Shown here piece after piece: positions 1-9,162 of a DNA stretch of 64,000 bases. The DNA is from an uncultured bacterium (lineage in GTDB: Bacteria > Patescibacteriota > Minisyncoccia > SW-4-49-11): assembly GCA_937864235.1 (NCBI GenBank), contig CALMJI010000006.1, positions 113 through 64,112 of the forward strand. Reading direction: 5' to 3'. A model generated the notes under the pieces. It had not been told where the DNA came from, made no database searches, and saw nothing but the letters and a program-made list of their open reading frames with translations. Position 1 is the stretch's first letter. Each line of letters opens with the position of its first letter. The position numbers and the translations under genes are program-made.

Positions 1-1090
1 ACGGAGTGGAAGCCCTCATATCAGCTACAAAATCAGCAATAGTAAAATCTCTTTCATGCCCAACAGCTGAGATAATGGGCTTAATAGAAGTATAAATGGC
101 TCTGGCTACCGACTCATCATTAAAAGCATGAAGATCATCCATCGCACCTCCACCTCGAGTCAATACAATCACCTCCACCTCTGGATATGTATTAAGATTA
201 TCAATTGCCTCAATAATACTATCCACCGCCCGCTCCCCCTGCACTTGAGCATGATGAAAATACAAATTCAATCCACCCATCCTAGCTCCTAGAACCTTCA
301 TAAAATCCTTATAAGCCGCCGCATCTTGCGAAGTAATAATCCCAATAGATTTTGGCATATAAGGAATTGCTCTCTTACGAGCCTCACTAAATAAGCCTTC
401 AGCCTCTAATTTTTGTCTTAAAAGCTCAAAAGCCTTAGCCAACTCTCCCTCCCCAGATACCGCCAAAGTCTCTACCATCACACTAAAAATACCAGATTTA
501 GGAGAAAGTCTTGGCTTACCAGTAATAATAATTCGCATCCCATCTACTGGGGAGATTCTAGATTTTCTCAAATTAGCAACCGTAGTAAAACATCTAATTT
601 TTGCTTCCTTCTGTTCATCTTTTAGATCAAAGAAAACCCATTGATTATTAGCAAAACTAGACATCTGAAAAGCCGACACCTCGCCCTCAATTTGTACCGT
701 TTGCTCCCCAATAATAGTATTGATTTGCTGGATAAAAGCCGACACACTCAGAACTTCTGAGCTAATAGCTGGAGTTTTGAGCTTCAGATCAGCATATTGA
801 GTTAAAGACTCCGGAATATATTGTTGGTTGGACTCTAGATATTGCTTACCTTCGGCAAAATGAGTAAGAGTACGAATAGCCTCTTTTTTGACCAATATAG
901 ATGAATCCTGCAATAAAGGGATAATCAAATCAGATACTCGCCCCCATTCAAAACTAATCAGGGCTCTCAGAGATGCCTGCCTATAAGATGGCTTAGTATG
1001 AGCCAAAAAAACCTGAATACTATACAAAGCCCGCTCCCCACGCTCTCTGATAATATCCTGAAAATAAGTGTCTAATTGCTTGCCCGTCAC
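1..1090 (-). CDS. xseA: Exodeoxyribonuclease VII large subunit, partial (C-terminus lies beyond the window start). The N-terminus is uncertain; the likely start is GTG at 1088-1090, about 30 nt downstream of a TGCTATAAT -10.
   Basis: Reverse-strand translation reads ...PAISSEVLSVSAFIQQINTIIGEQTVQIEGEVSAFQMSSFANNQWVFFDLKDEQKEAKIRCF...GIITSQDAAAYKDF...VLTRGGGAMDDLHAFNDESVARAI...ISAVGHERDFTIADFVADMRASTP. These are the XseA OB-fold and catalytic-domain motifs (GGGS-EDL, GHE-D-T-ADFVAD). The frame is open from an in-frame stop at 1226-1228 down to position 1. It is absent from the ORF track because it runs off the window edge. Confidence 0.8.
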   Translation of the reverse strand, partial: MTGKQLDTYFQDIIRERGERALYSIQVFLAHTKPSYRQASLRALISFEWGRVSDLIIPLLQDSSILVKKEAIRTLTHFAEGKQYLESNQQYIPESLTQYADLKLKTPAISSEVLSVSAFIQQINTIIGEQTVQIEGEVSAFQMSSFANNQWVFFDLKDEQKEAKIRCFTTVANLRKSRISPVDGMRIIITGKPRLSPKSGIFSVMVETLAVSGEGELAKAFELLRQKLEAEGLFSEARKRAIPYMPKSIGIITSQDAAAYKDFMKVLGARMGGLNLYFHHAQVQGERAVDSIIEAIDNLNTYPEVEVIVLTRGGGAMDDLHAFNDESVARAIYTSIKPIISAVGHERDFTIADFVADMRASTP

Positions 1091-1120
1091 AAATTTTATA
1101 ATTATTGAATTTATATATTT

Positions 1121-1129
1121 ATTATAGCA
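1121..1129 (-). promoter_or_regulatory. Extended -10 promoter (TGCTATAAT on the minus strand) upstream of xseA
   Basis: Plus-strand ATTATAGCA is the reverse complement of TGCTATAAT. The same 14-mer TTATTATAGCATAT recurs upstream of polA (7386) and rhuM (8949). Confidence 0.45.
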
Positions 1130-1235
1130 TATAAAAAAGAAAGCAGCTGTGAGGCCGCTTCTTGTGTTCTGATGTGGTGAGCTCCCAAAGCTGGGAGCTG
1201 AGGGGGGGGTATGGGTATTTGGTTGTTAGATAGGA

Positions 1236-1373
1236 TTATTTCTTATCTTTCTTTTTCTTTTTCCGTGTCACAGGATATTTACGGAAACTACCAGAGCTTG
1301 TAGCTTTGGCAATCAGTCCCTCAAGCGAAGCATGTGCCTCACCGAATTGATTCCTGCGTGGACTTTTGGACAT
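1236..1373 (-). CDS. Hypothetical small basic protein of 45 aa (MSKSPRRNQFGEAHASLEGLIAKATSSGSFRKYPVTRKKKKKDKK)
   Basis: ATG-to-TAA ORF below the ORF-track size cutoff. It has a lysine-rich C-terminus. No family was recognised and the call is speculative. Confidence 0.25.
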   Translation of the reverse strand: MSKSPRRNQFGEAHASLEGLIAKATSSGSFRKYPVTRKKKKKDKK

Positions 1374-1461
1374 GGATCAAATCCATGGACTACCAAATTA
1401 ACTTACACCTTTCCTCAAATTTTGTCAAGTCCTATTAACTTTTGTTAATTTTTAACAAAAG

Positions 1462-2655
1462 TTATGCTTGAGTTATAATCTCATCCAATTTTAATTTCTC
1501 TACTATCCATTTTCTAATTGTTCCCATATAAGCTGAGTCGCCGATTACTACTCCACCTATAATCTTACCATCAGCATTGGTATTAACCTGTACATATCTG
1601 TCCCCTTGCTCTATCACTATAGATTGCATAGTCTCAGGATTTAGCCGACATTGCCCCACAAAAGCAATGGCCAAACTAGTCTTTGGACAATAAGCAGGAA
1701 TTAGGCTAAATTCTTTCATCGCCTCTGTATGCACCATATTATACCCAGCTATCATACCTTGCAGTGAGGCCTGAGCCCAAGTCCCAGAACCTATATATTG
1801 CTCTTGTAAAATATCATAATACTCTACAATATCTCCAGCCCCAAAGATGTTCTCATCTCCACTTTGTAAATACTGATTTACTTTCAAACATCTATTACAA
1901 AGTTCAGAAGGCAAGAAATCTTTATTCAGCTCCAATCCAATTCCCACACACATAGCCTCAGTTGGGATAATTTCTCCTGAATTGAGTTCAATTTCACTAA
2001 TCTCTCCTATTTGATTGCCTCTAATTTCTTTAATCTCACTTTCATAATAAATTTTAGCTCTCTTAGCTAAGTATTCATTAATAATATTACCTCCAATTTG
2101 GTCAATCATACCCTGCCAATACCATTCATCTCGGATAATCAGAGTCACCTCCTTACCCAAATTAGACAATAATTCTACAAATTCAATTCCAATAAACCCT
2201 CCACCGACAATAGTAATTTTATTCTTATCCCTTATATAATCCCTCACTCCAATAGCATCATCCAAAGTCTGAAAAGCAAATACACCTTTCAAATCTGACC
2301 CCACTTGAGATAATCTTCTAGCTCTACCACCTGTAGCCACCAAAACCTTATCATAAGCTAGAATCTCTCCATTATCTAGAGTAATAGTCTTATTCTGAGA
2401 ATTTAAATTCTCAACTCTAGTAATAATTCGCTCAATATTCTGTGCCTGAAATTGCTCTTCAGTCTTTAATAACAAATCCTCTGGAGACTTAGCATCAGAA
2501 GCTACCTTACCAATATTAACCCTAGAATAAACCGGATATTGCTCCTCCCCAATCAAGACAATACTAGCCTCTGGAGCCTCTTTGCGAATAGATATCGCCC
2601 CATTAGTCCCTGCAATCCCCGCCCCAATGATAATGTAATTATAATGTTTCATCAA
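1462..2655 (-). CDS. FAD-dependent pyridine nucleotide-disulfide oxidoreductase (NADH oxidase / CoA-disulfide reductase-like family)
   Basis: Two Rossmann dinucleotide motifs (IIIGAGIAGTNGA at the N-terminus and ITIVGGGFIGIEF mid-protein) with the class I/II pyridine nucleotide-disulfide oxidoreductase layout. The reverse complement of 2682-2690 (TGTTATAAT) lies just upstream of the start. Confidence 0.7.
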   Translation of the reverse strand: MMKHYNYIIIGAGIAGTNGAISIRKEAPEASIVLIGEEQYPVYSRVNIGKVASDAKSPEDLLLKTEEQFQAQNIERIITRVENLNSQNKTITLDNGEILAYDKVLVATGGRARRLSQVGSDLKGVFAFQTLDDAIGVRDYIRDKNKITIVGGGFIGIEFVELLSNLGKEVTLIIRDEWYWQGMIDQIGGNIINEYLAKRAKIYYESEIKEIRGNQIGEISEIELNSGEIIPTEAMCVGIGLELNKDFLPSELCNRCLKVNQYLQSGDENIFGAGDIVEYYDILQEQYIGSGTWAQASLQGMIAGYNMVHTEAMKEFSLIPAYCPKTSLAIAFVGQCRLNPETMQSIVIEQGDRYVQVNTNADGKIIGGVVIGDSAYMGTIRKWIVEKLKLDEIITQA

Positions 2656-2681
2656 TTTTGAATTTATTAACTATTATTTTT

Positions 2682-2690
2682 ATTATAACA
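2682..2690 (-). promoter_or_regulatory. Extended -10 (TGTTATAAT on minus) for the oxidoreductase gene
   Basis: Motif read from the sequence, 27 nt upstream of the start codon. Confidence 0.4.
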
Positions 2691-3003
2691 TATCTTGATT
2701 TGAATTTCAGGATATGGTAAAATTTTTTAGTTGTTTTTCAGGAAACCTAAATAGATGGCAAAAGACAATCTTTTGGAAACATTGTCTGGCAGGTCAACAA
2801 GAAACAAAGAGCCCAGAGTATGCCCTACGGAAAACATACCTCTACCAGACACCCTCCCCACGAGATGTGGTAGGGGTACCCAACAATACCTCAAGACACT
2901 TGAACAAGGTCGTCCCGATGAGGGATAACCCCAATCAAAATACTCACACAAGGCCACCTCCCTCGAGCTGGTCTTTTTTCTTTACCTCCCTGTACTAGAG
3001 TAC

Positions 3004-3105
3004 ATTTCGTAGAGGCGACCTTTAAGTCGCCAGCTGTACTAAAATTCCACCTCCTATACTTCAGTTTGGGAGGGGACGGGGTGGAGTATTTTTACCCTCC
3101 TTCTA
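3004..3105. repeat. GC-rich mosaic hairpin repeat element, copy 1. Modules: ttcgtagaggcgacctttaagtcgcc, tacttcagtttgggagg, gacggggtggag.
   Basis: Roughly 50% GC in a roughly 30% GC background. It contains the hairpin ggcgac-ctttaa-gtcgcc and shares modules with copies at 3945, 8983, 42996, 61885 and others. Confidence 0.7.
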
Positions 3106-3122
3106 CACAAATAATCAAATTA

Positions 3123-3131
3123 TGCTATAAT
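3123..3131 (+). promoter_or_regulatory. Extended -10 TGCTATAAT for ORF 3164
   Basis: Motif lies 32 nt upstream of the ATG at 3164. Confidence 0.45.
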
Positions 3132-3163
3132 ATTACCGTCTAAGATGAATTAATTATCTCTGT

Positions 3164-3598
3164 ATGGATAGCCAAACTGCCCTACAAATTAATCAATGGA
3201 TAGATATAATTCATAATCCTAACTATTGGATTATTTTTTGGTTTATTGCCTTATATATTTTATTAGAGCCTAAACTTTTTTCAAATAAAAACACACTTTC
3301 AGATAATAAATCTACTAAAATTATAATTCATACTAAATTTTTAATTTTATTTTTTACCTTTAGTATAGCCCTATCTCAGAGCTTATTTGGAGGCTGTCTG
3401 ATTACCTCTATTCAGAATTACTTTGCTGTCAATTATCTAGGTCGTGAATATTGGTACCCTTATGGCTTAGTATTCCGCGAAAACTTTGACCCCCAATATT
3501 GGATTTATCTCAGATTATTTTATATAATACTGACAATATTATATGGAACTTGGATATATAAATATTATAGATTTGTGATGAAGAGCTGGGGGAAGTGA
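3164..3598 (+). CDS. Hypothetical integral membrane protein
   Basis: Several long hydrophobic/aromatic segments (IIFWFIALYILL, FLILFFTFSIAL, IYLRLFYIILTILYGTWIY). A promoter motif lies upstream. Confidence 0.5.
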   Translation: MDSQTALQINQWIDIIHNPNYWIIFWFIALYILLEPKLFSNKNTLSDNKSTKIIIHTKFLILFFTFSIALSQSLFGGCLITSIQNYFAVNYLGREYWYPYGLVFRENFDPQYWIYLRLFYIILTILYGTWIYKYYRFVMKSWGK

Positions 3599-3612
3599 AT
3601 TATATAAATTTA

Positions 3613-3621
3613 TGGTATAAT
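3613..3621 (+). promoter_or_regulatory. Extended -10 TGGTATAAT for ORF 3654
   Basis: Motif lies 32 nt upstream of the ATG at 3654. Confidence 0.45.
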
Positions 3622-3653
3622 TATATATATAAATAATTCAATAATTCTAATTT

Positions 3654-3914
3654 ATGTCAAATTTAAATCTAAAGCCTATCCCTATGTTATTATTTTGTCC
3701 AAATTGTGGAAAACAGCATATAGATGAACCAAATCTAGATATTGGGTGGACTAATCCAGATCATCGTAGTCATTTTTGTACTTTTTGTGGAACAATTTGG
3801 AGACCAGCTGATGTCCCAACAATGGGTGTAGCCAAAATCGAGACAAAAGGTAAAGCTGATACTTGGGATGTAAATTCTATAGACGAGACTATTGCTATTT
3901 CTAAGGGGAAATAA
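3654..3914 (+). CDS. Zinc-ribbon domain protein (hypothetical)
   Basis: Two CxxC pairs (CPNCGK ... CTFCG) typical of a zinc ribbon. Confidence 0.5.
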   Translation: MSNLNLKPIPMLLFCPNCGKQHIDEPNLDIGWTNPDHRSHFCTFCGTIWRPADVPTMGVAKIETKGKADTWDVNSIDETIAISKGK

Positions 3915-3944
3915 GTCATTCTATATAAATTTATTTTAGAGTAG

Positions 3945-4190
3945 ATGGGTGTGGGCATTCGTAGGGGCGCCCTTTCAGTCGCCCGATTGTCATCCTTTGG
4001 ACTAAAATTCCCCTCTTGAGGGGTGGCAGGTTTCCTGACGGGGTGGAGTGTTTTTAAACTTGAACTTCTGTCCTCCTCCGCCCCTGTGGGGCACCTCCCC
4101 CAAGGGAGGACAAAATACAATGCTCCTACCTGCCTTAGGTAGGCAAATGGAGACATAAAGCAGAGCCCTCCCCTTATTGCATTTTGACCC
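3945..4190. repeat. GC-rich mosaic hairpin repeat element, copy 2. Modules: cgtaggggcgccctttcagtcgcc, gacggggtggagtgttttt, cccccaagggaggacaaaatac, cctacctgccttaggtagg.
   Basis: Shares modules with copies 1, 4, 5, 8 and 11. It is made of several adjacent hairpins. Confidence 0.7.
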
Positions 4191-4230
4191 TACTTGGCAT
4201 ATAATATGAAAATTATATAAATATTATATT

Positions 4231-4797
4231 ATGCTTTCAATTTCAGATATTAAAAAAGGTAAAATTATCGTAGTGGATGATAGTCCATTTTTAGTTTTAT
4301 TTAGTCAATTATCCAAAAAAGGCCGAGCAGGGTCAGTACTGACGGTCAAGATGAAAAATCTCATCACCAACAATACTCAGGAGCGAAATTTCAAACAATC
4401 AGATATGTTCCCTGAGGCGGATATTGCGGAAGCCTATGCTGAGTATCTATACAGTGACGGGGAGCAATACCATTTTATGGATGAGAGAACTTTTGAGCAA
4501 TATGCTTTTGACCTTGAGACCTTAGGTGAGAATACAGTTGGCTATTTGCAAGAGGGAGCTAAAGTCAAAATTGTCACTTATAATGGGGAGCCGATTACTA
4601 TAAATTTACCACCTAAAGTGGTCTTAGAAGTGACTGAGGCCGCCCCTACTATCAAAGGTAATACCGTCGATGCAGCGATGAAAACTGTAAAAGTTGAGAC
4701 TGGAATTGAAGTTAAAGTCCCTATGTTTATTAATCAGGGTGATAAAATCCGTATCAATACTGAGACTGGTATTTATGAGGAAAAAGTGACAAATTAG
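4231..4797 (+). CDS. efp: Elongation factor P
   Basis: N-terminal KOW-like motif SKKGRAGSVLTVKMKNLITN (the EF-P loop carrying the modified Lys), 188 aa with three-domain length. Its TAG stop overlaps the polA stop (TTAG shared between convergent genes). Confidence 0.9.
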   Translation: MLSISDIKKGKIIVVDDSPFLVLFSQLSKKGRAGSVLTVKMKNLITNNTQERNFKQSDMFPEADIAEAYAEYLYSDGEQYHFMDERTFEQYAFDLETLGENTVGYLQEGAKVKIVTYNGEPITINLPPKVVLEVTEAAPTIKGNTVDAAMKTVKVETGIEVKVPMFINQGDKIRINTETGIYEEKVTN

Positions 4798-7379
4798 CCC
4801 CAATAGTCTTTGATCGCTGCTTCTACCTTAATCGGGATGGTGGCTTTATAAACCGATTCCATAATTTCTAGAATTTTATCTTTATATTGCTCAGCTTGTG
4901 TGGTTTTGACCTCAAAAACTAATTCATCGTGAACTTGTAAAATCATATAAATATCTTGTTTTTCTCCTAGATATTCATCGATTTTAATCATCGCTAATTT
5001 TATAATATCGGCTTGCAAGCCTTGAATTGGCATATTGACAGCTATTCTGTCCAATAAGGCCTGGTTGCGAGGGTTTCTAATATCTATGTTTGAAAGGTCT
5101 CTAATTCGTCCATATTCTGTCTGAGCATAACCATGCTTGCGAGCGAATTGCTTGAGAGATTCCATATAATCATTTAGCTCTGGATAGGCTTGACGATATT
5201 TATCTAAGAAAACTTGAGCTTCGGCTCTTTTAATTTTGAGATTTTGGGCTAGGCTAGTAGCACCCATCCCATAAAGAATTCCAAAATTTATTGTCTTAGC
5301 AAAGCTTCGCATTTCTTTGGTCACTTCTTCGGGGCTTACTCCATATACTCGCTGGGCTGTAGCGGTATGAAAGTCTATATTTTGTCTAAAAATCTCTAGC
5401 ATAGCCTGATCTTGAGATAAGTGAGCCGCTAGCCTCAACTCAATCTGAGAATAATCACAAATTAACAATGTCCAGTCCTCCCGTGCTACAAAACAATTTT
5501 TGATTTGCCTACCCAATTCACCTCTAGCAGGAATATTCTGTAAATTAGGATCCACTGAGGATAATCTACCGGTGGCGGCAATATTTTGCTGATAAGTGGT
5601 GTGTATTCTCCCCTGCTCATCCATCAGATTCGGCAGGCTATCTATATAGGTAGATTTGAGCTTAGCCACTTCTCGGTATTGTAAAATCAAGTCTACAATT
5701 TCGAATTCACCTCTCATAGATTCTAGAGCCTGAGCTGAAGTAGAGACTTGACCTCCATTGGTTTTCTTGACTCCTTTGACAGAAAGATTAAGTTTATTGA
5801 ATAAAATATCGGCCAATTGCTTCGGGGAATTGAGATTGAATTCCTCTCCCGCAATAGCATAAATATCTCTAGTCAAGGTAGTAATTTTATCCTCTACAAA
5901 AGTTTTAGTAGCTTGTAATTTTGACTCATCGAATAGCACTCCCATAGCTTCCATTTTGGCTAAAACTGGCAAAAGAGGCTTCTCGATTAAATTATAAACC
6001 TCCTCAATATGCAAAGCCTGCATTTTAGACAGAATCAACTGATATAATTGATGCAGAACCAATTCTGGCTGAGCAGAATTATAACCCACTCCATAGGCTC
6101 CACAGACCGCCTCCAGAGATAATTGCCTCTCTCCAGGGTTAATCAGATAAGCCATCAGAATCACATCTTGCAAATTAGCCCTGAGCTCAAAGGGATATAA
6201 TTTCCGTATAATTGGCTTAATATCAGCACAGATTATAGTCTGCTCGGAGCCTAGCAATGCTCTTAATTCCTTCTCGCTAACTTTAGACCTCTGACCCTTT
6301 GCATCAATGGCTATATAATCCTCATCTACCCCAGCCCAAATAGCTAGAGGGAAATTAGTTAATTGAGATAAATTATACAATTTACTCTCCTCAATAGCCT
6401 GTGTCTCTACAGCAGGAGTAGCAGGCTGTTGCCCCCAAAAACTAGTCTGGGACTTATGATTATTAGCTTTTTCTAATTGAGTATTAAGCTCTTTGACCAG
6501 GGAATAAAATTCAAAATGCTTAAAGATCTCCTTTGCCTTCTCAACTGGGAAAGTATAGTCGATAGAATCATTGACCACCTCCCCAATTGGAGCATCCGTG
6601 ATAATAGTAGCTAATTCCCGACTAAAGAAAGCTTGTTCTTTATTATTCTTGAGATTCTCAAATATAGATTTAGTCAGAGCATCTCTATCCTCTTTGGCAA
6701 TATCCTCAAACTTAGCATATTGATCTACAAATTTATAAATATTCTCCAGAGTTTCAAAACGATGCAATAAATTCACCGCTCGCAAATCTCCAATACCAGG
6801 AACCCCAGGAATATTATCTGAAGGATCCCCCTTTAACCCCTTAAAATCACAGACTTGATCTGGACGAATTTGATATTTGGCAATAACCGCTTCAGTATCA
6901 AAAATTACAGTGTCATTAATGCTTTTTCTCAATGTATAAACTGAAATCTGAGGTTTTACTAATTGCATAGTATCCATATCACCCGTCACAATAATCAGCT
7001 CATTGCTGGTCTTACTAGTCTGCTCAGCAATAGTACCAATAATATCATCAGCCTCATAGCCAGCTAATTCCAAAATCGGGATTTCAATAACTTCCAACAT
7101 TTCTTTGACCAAAGGTATCTGGTCATACAAATCCTGGTCCGCCGCCACTCGATTAGCCTTATAAGCCTCAAATTGATTATGCCGAAAAGTATCCCCCGCC
7201 ACATCAAAAGCCGCTAATACAATATCCGGCTTAATATCCTTAATAACTTTTAACAAAAGCTTAGCATAACCATACACTGCATTAACCATCACCCCATCAG
7301 CAGTAGTAAAAGGAGGCAAAGCATGATAAGCCCTGTGAATCACCGCATTACTATCTAGAATTACAATTTTTTTCTTCAT
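4794..7379 (-). CDS. polA: DNA polymerase I
   Basis: 5'-3' exonuclease N-terminal domain; polymerase motif A DYSQIELRLAAHLS, motif B RSFAKTINFGILYGMGATSLAQ, motif C VHDELVFE; 861 aa. Confidence 0.95.
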   Translation of the reverse strand: MKKKIVILDSNAVIHRAYHALPPFTTADGVMVNAVYGYAKLLLKVIKDIKPDIVLAAFDVAGDTFRHNQFEAYKANRVAADQDLYDQIPLVKEMLEVIEIPILELAGYEADDIIGTIAEQTSKTSNELIIVTGDMDTMQLVKPQISVYTLRKSINDTVIFDTEAVIAKYQIRPDQVCDFKGLKGDPSDNIPGVPGIGDLRAVNLLHRFETLENIYKFVDQYAKFEDIAKEDRDALTKSIFENLKNNKEQAFFSRELATIITDAPIGEVVNDSIDYTFPVEKAKEIFKHFEFYSLVKELNTQLEKANNHKSQTSFWGQQPATPAVETQAIEESKLYNLSQLTNFPLAIWAGVDEDYIAIDAKGQRSKVSEKELRALLGSEQTIICADIKPIIRKLYPFELRANLQDVILMAYLINPGERQLSLEAVCGAYGVGYNSAQPELVLHQLYQLILSKMQALHIEEVYNLIEKPLLPVLAKMEAMGVLFDESKLQATKTFVEDKITTLTRDIYAIAGEEFNLNSPKQLADILFNKLNLSVKGVKKTNGGQVSTSAQALESMRGEFEIVDLILQYREVAKLKSTYIDSLPNLMDEQGRIHTTYQQNIAATGRLSSVDPNLQNIPARGELGRQIKNCFVAREDWTLLICDYSQIELRLAAHLSQDQAMLEIFRQNIDFHTATAQRVYGVSPEEVTKEMRSFAKTINFGILYGMGATSLAQNLKIKRAEAQVFLDKYRQAYPELNDYMESLKQFARKHGYAQTEYGRIRDLSNIDIRNPRNQALLDRIAVNMPIQGLQADIIKLAMIKIDEYLGEKQDIYMILQVHDELVFEVKTTQAEQYKDKILEIMESVYKATIPIKVEAAIKDYWG

Positions 7380-7387
7380 ACTTTTTC

Positions 7388-7396
7388 ATTATAGCA
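7388..7396 (-). promoter_or_regulatory. Extended -10 (TGCTATAAT on minus) only 8 nt from the polA ATG, implying a leaderless polA mRNA
   Basis: The reverse complement reads tatgctataatgaaaaagtATG, with 8 nt between TATAAT and the start codon. Confidence 0.5.
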
Positions 7397-7412
7397 TATT
7401 TTGGGAGAAATA

Positions 7413-7441
7413 TAGACAAAATTCTTAAAATATGATATAAG
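7413..7441 (+). promoter_or_regulatory. Sigma70-like promoter (-35 TAGACA, 17-nt spacer, -10 TATAAG with upstream TGA) for ORF 7468. This is copy 1 of a duplicated ~46-bp promoter element.
   Basis: The 46 bp 7411-7456 and 9107-9153 are about 93% identical (atagacaaaatt[c/a]ttaaaatatgatataaggttattgt[c/t]ctata). Confidence 0.5.
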
Positions 7442-7467
7442 GTTATTGTCCTATACGGAGAACTTCC

Positions 7468-7854
7468 GTGAAAAACCCTTTCAACATTTTCTGCCTAATA
7501 ATCGCTTCAACATTAATTGGTGGCACTATATATGGAATTACAGAAATATTCAAGGAAGAAAAAACATACCTTCCAGTTGAATATGACCGCTTCATATACT
7601 TCCCATGGCATGCAGGGAAAGGATTGACACCTGACCCCACCAAAAAAGAAGCTTTTTTTACTGGCTCCAAAGAGAAATTTTTGGAGGATTGTAGTCGAAT
7701 ATGTACTTTAAGCCATCAAAATTATATCCCTGCAGGGACAACAAAGCCGGTTTACATTCAAAATCTCTATGAGCTTTTGAATGTAAACCCCTACAATCTA
7801 AAAATAACCCTTGATGGGTACTATATATACAATCCATTACCCCCAACCCATTGA
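7468..7854 (+). CDS. Hypothetical protein of 128 aa with an N-terminal signal/TM segment (GTG start per the ORF track)
   Basis: Hydrophobic N-terminus FNIFCLIIASTLIGGTIYGI. It is bracketed by a recognisable promoter and an intrinsic terminator. Confidence 0.45.
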   Translation: MKNPFNIFCLIIASTLIGGTIYGITEIFKEEKTYLPVEYDRFIYFPWHAGKGLTPDPTKKEAFFTGSKEKFLEDCSRICTLSHQNYIPAGTTKPVYIQNLYELLNVNPYNLKITLDGYYIYNPLPPTH

Positions 7855-7874
7855 CCACAGCCCCCATATCTCCA

Positions 7875-7906
7875 GACTCTGTATCACTGCAGAGTCTTTT
7901 CTTTAC
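7875..7906 (+). terminator. Rho-independent terminator (gactctg-tatcactg-cagagtc followed by TTTTCTTT), copy 1
   Basis: 7-bp GC-containing stem, 8-nt loop, T-run. It is near-identical to the copy at 9286-9318 and is followed by the shared tail ttactcaaaaatac. Confidence 0.6.
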
Positions 7907-7942
7907 TCAAAAATACTCTCAGAAATTTAATTTTATATATAC

Positions 7943-8929
7943 TTACTTTTTCTTAAATTTACTTTCTAGTTGATTTATAGTATCTAGATAAGATTGTTCC
8001 ACTGGGCTGAGGGTTTTTTGCTGATATTTTTTATATTCATCTTGAGCTTTTTGAATTGCTTCTTGATTACTAATTTTACCTGAATTTTGCAAGATTTCTT
8101 CCCCTGTAGCCAACAAAATACTATCTAAATGGTCTGCCCAATCTTGCATCTTCATTGGGACTTGTCTTTCTGCTTGTCTTTCAGCAAAGTCTAGATATCC
8201 TGAGACTATTTGACCCAATGCTCTTAATTCTTTTTCATCTAGATAATTTTTAGCTATTGAGATATCTTGTAATTGTGGTTTATTACCAGTAAAGGTAGTA
8301 AGTCCCATAAATTCTTTTTCAGCATCAGCTCGATTATAAATCACTTCAGCTGCAGTTTGTTTATGTACTGCATAATGTATTTTATTCTGGACTTTTTTGA
8401 AAAATTCAATTGAAGTTTTATTATTAGCATCATAATCTATACTTGTTGCATAGATATCTAATATCTGTCTATAAAAAACTTTCTCACTAGCTCGAATATC
8501 TCGTATACGGGTTAGCAATTCTTTCCAATAATTACCTCCGCCTAAATTTTTGAGCCTCTCATCATCCATCGTGAAGCCTTTGAGTATATATTCTTTTAAC
8601 CTTTGAGTTGCCCAAATTCTAAATTGAGTGGCTATTTTACTATTAACTCTATATCCTACAGCGATAATCATATCTAGATTATAATAACCTGTATTATACT
8701 TTTTACCGTCTCTAGCAGTTATCCGGAAATTCCGGAATACTTGATTTTTACTTAATTCCTGAGTTTTATACATATTTTGTATATGTTCACTAATAGTTCT
8801 GACATCAACTTCAAAAAGTTCTGCCATTAATTTTTGAGATAACCAAATCGTCTCATCCTCTATAAAAACATTCAATTTTACCGCTCCATTGGAATCTGTA
8901 TATAATATAAAATTGTTTTGCTCAGTCAT
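7943..8929 (-). CDS. rhuM: RhuM-family (virulence-protein RhuM-like) protein
   Basis: 328 aa. Conserved central region ...KIHYAVHKQTAAEVIYNRADAEKEFMGLTTF... matches the Virulence_RhuM family, which is often found on genomic islands. Confidence 0.7.
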   Translation of the reverse strand: MTEQNNFILYTDSNGAVKLNVFIEDETIWLSQKLMAELFEVDVRTISEHIQNMYKTQELSKNQVFRNFRITARDGKKYNTGYYNLDMIIAVGYRVNSKIATQFRIWATQRLKEYILKGFTMDDERLKNLGGGNYWKELLTRIRDIRASEKVFYRQILDIYATSIDYDANNKTSIEFFKKVQNKIHYAVHKQTAAEVIYNRADAEKEFMGLTTFTGNKPQLQDISIAKNYLDEKELRALGQIVSGYLDFAERQAERQVPMKMQDWADHLDSILLATGEEILQNSGKISNQEAIQKAQDEYKKYQQKTLSPVEQSYLDTINQLESKFKKK

Positions 8930-8952
8930 GTTTCTGATTATTATATATTTTT

Positions 8953-8961
8953 ATTATAGCA
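8953..8961 (-). promoter_or_regulatory. Extended -10 (TGCTATAAT on minus) for rhuM, 23 nt upstream of the ATG
   Basis: The reverse complement reads atatgctataataaaaatatataataatcagaaacATG. Confidence 0.45.
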
Positions 8962-8982
8962 TATTTTAGGAAAAATATGGAC

Positions 8983-9105
8983 TTTCGTAGCGGAGGCTTT
9001 AAGTCCCTCCATTTTATGTAGAGTCGGCGACCCCGCCGACATAGATTTTCGTAGAGGAGACCTTTCAGTTGCCCGTCCAGTGATATACTCAATTTTAGTT
9101 ATTTA
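8983..9105. repeat. GC-rich mosaic hairpin repeat element, copy 3, inserted within the duplicated promoter element and flanked by 8-bp direct repeats atatggac / atatagac
   Basis: Copy 1 of the promoter region (7401-7420) is continuous (gagaaatatagacaaaatt). In copy 2 the same sequence is interrupted after atatggac by 123 bp of GC-rich hairpin modules (tttcgtagcggaggctttaagtccctcc, gtcggcgaccccgccgac, ttcgtagaggagacctttcagttgcc) and resumes at atatagacaaaatt. Confidence 0.65.
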
Positions 9106-9108
9106 ATA

Positions 9109-9137
9109 TAGACAAAATTATTAAAATATGATATAAG
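9109..9137 (+). promoter_or_regulatory. Sigma70-like promoter, copy 2 (-35 TAGACA, 17-nt spacer, -10 TATAAG)
   Basis: Duplicate of the 7413-7441 element. Confidence 0.5.
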
Positions 9138-9162
9138 GTTATTGTTCTATATATGCTAGACC

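Noticed and set aside
2714-2998. Track ORFs 2714-2998(+), 2727-2957(-), 3770-4156(-), 40804-41019(+), 40880-41104(+), 51663-51845(+), 51778-51987(+), 51998-52237(+), 55337-55534(+), 61762-62064(+), 61782-62156(-)
   Set aside because: They lie inside the GC-rich palindromic repeat islands, where the local absence of AT-rich stop codons creates open frames by chance. Their translations are low-complexity (P/G/R-rich) and some overlap a tRNA (52229-52317) or real genes.
2730-3000. GC-rich 270-bp stretch considered as a structured RNA gene (RNase P RNA, tmRNA, SRP RNA)
   Set aside because: None of the universal motifs were found by eye: no GGAAAGUCCGGGCU / ACAGAACCCGGCUUA for RNase P, no GGUUCGAnUCC tRNA-like 3' end or tag reading frame for tmRNA, no CAGGUCCGGAAGGAAGCAGC for SRP. 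The modules present here recur at other sites as dispersed repeats. An Infernal/Rfam scan would settle it.
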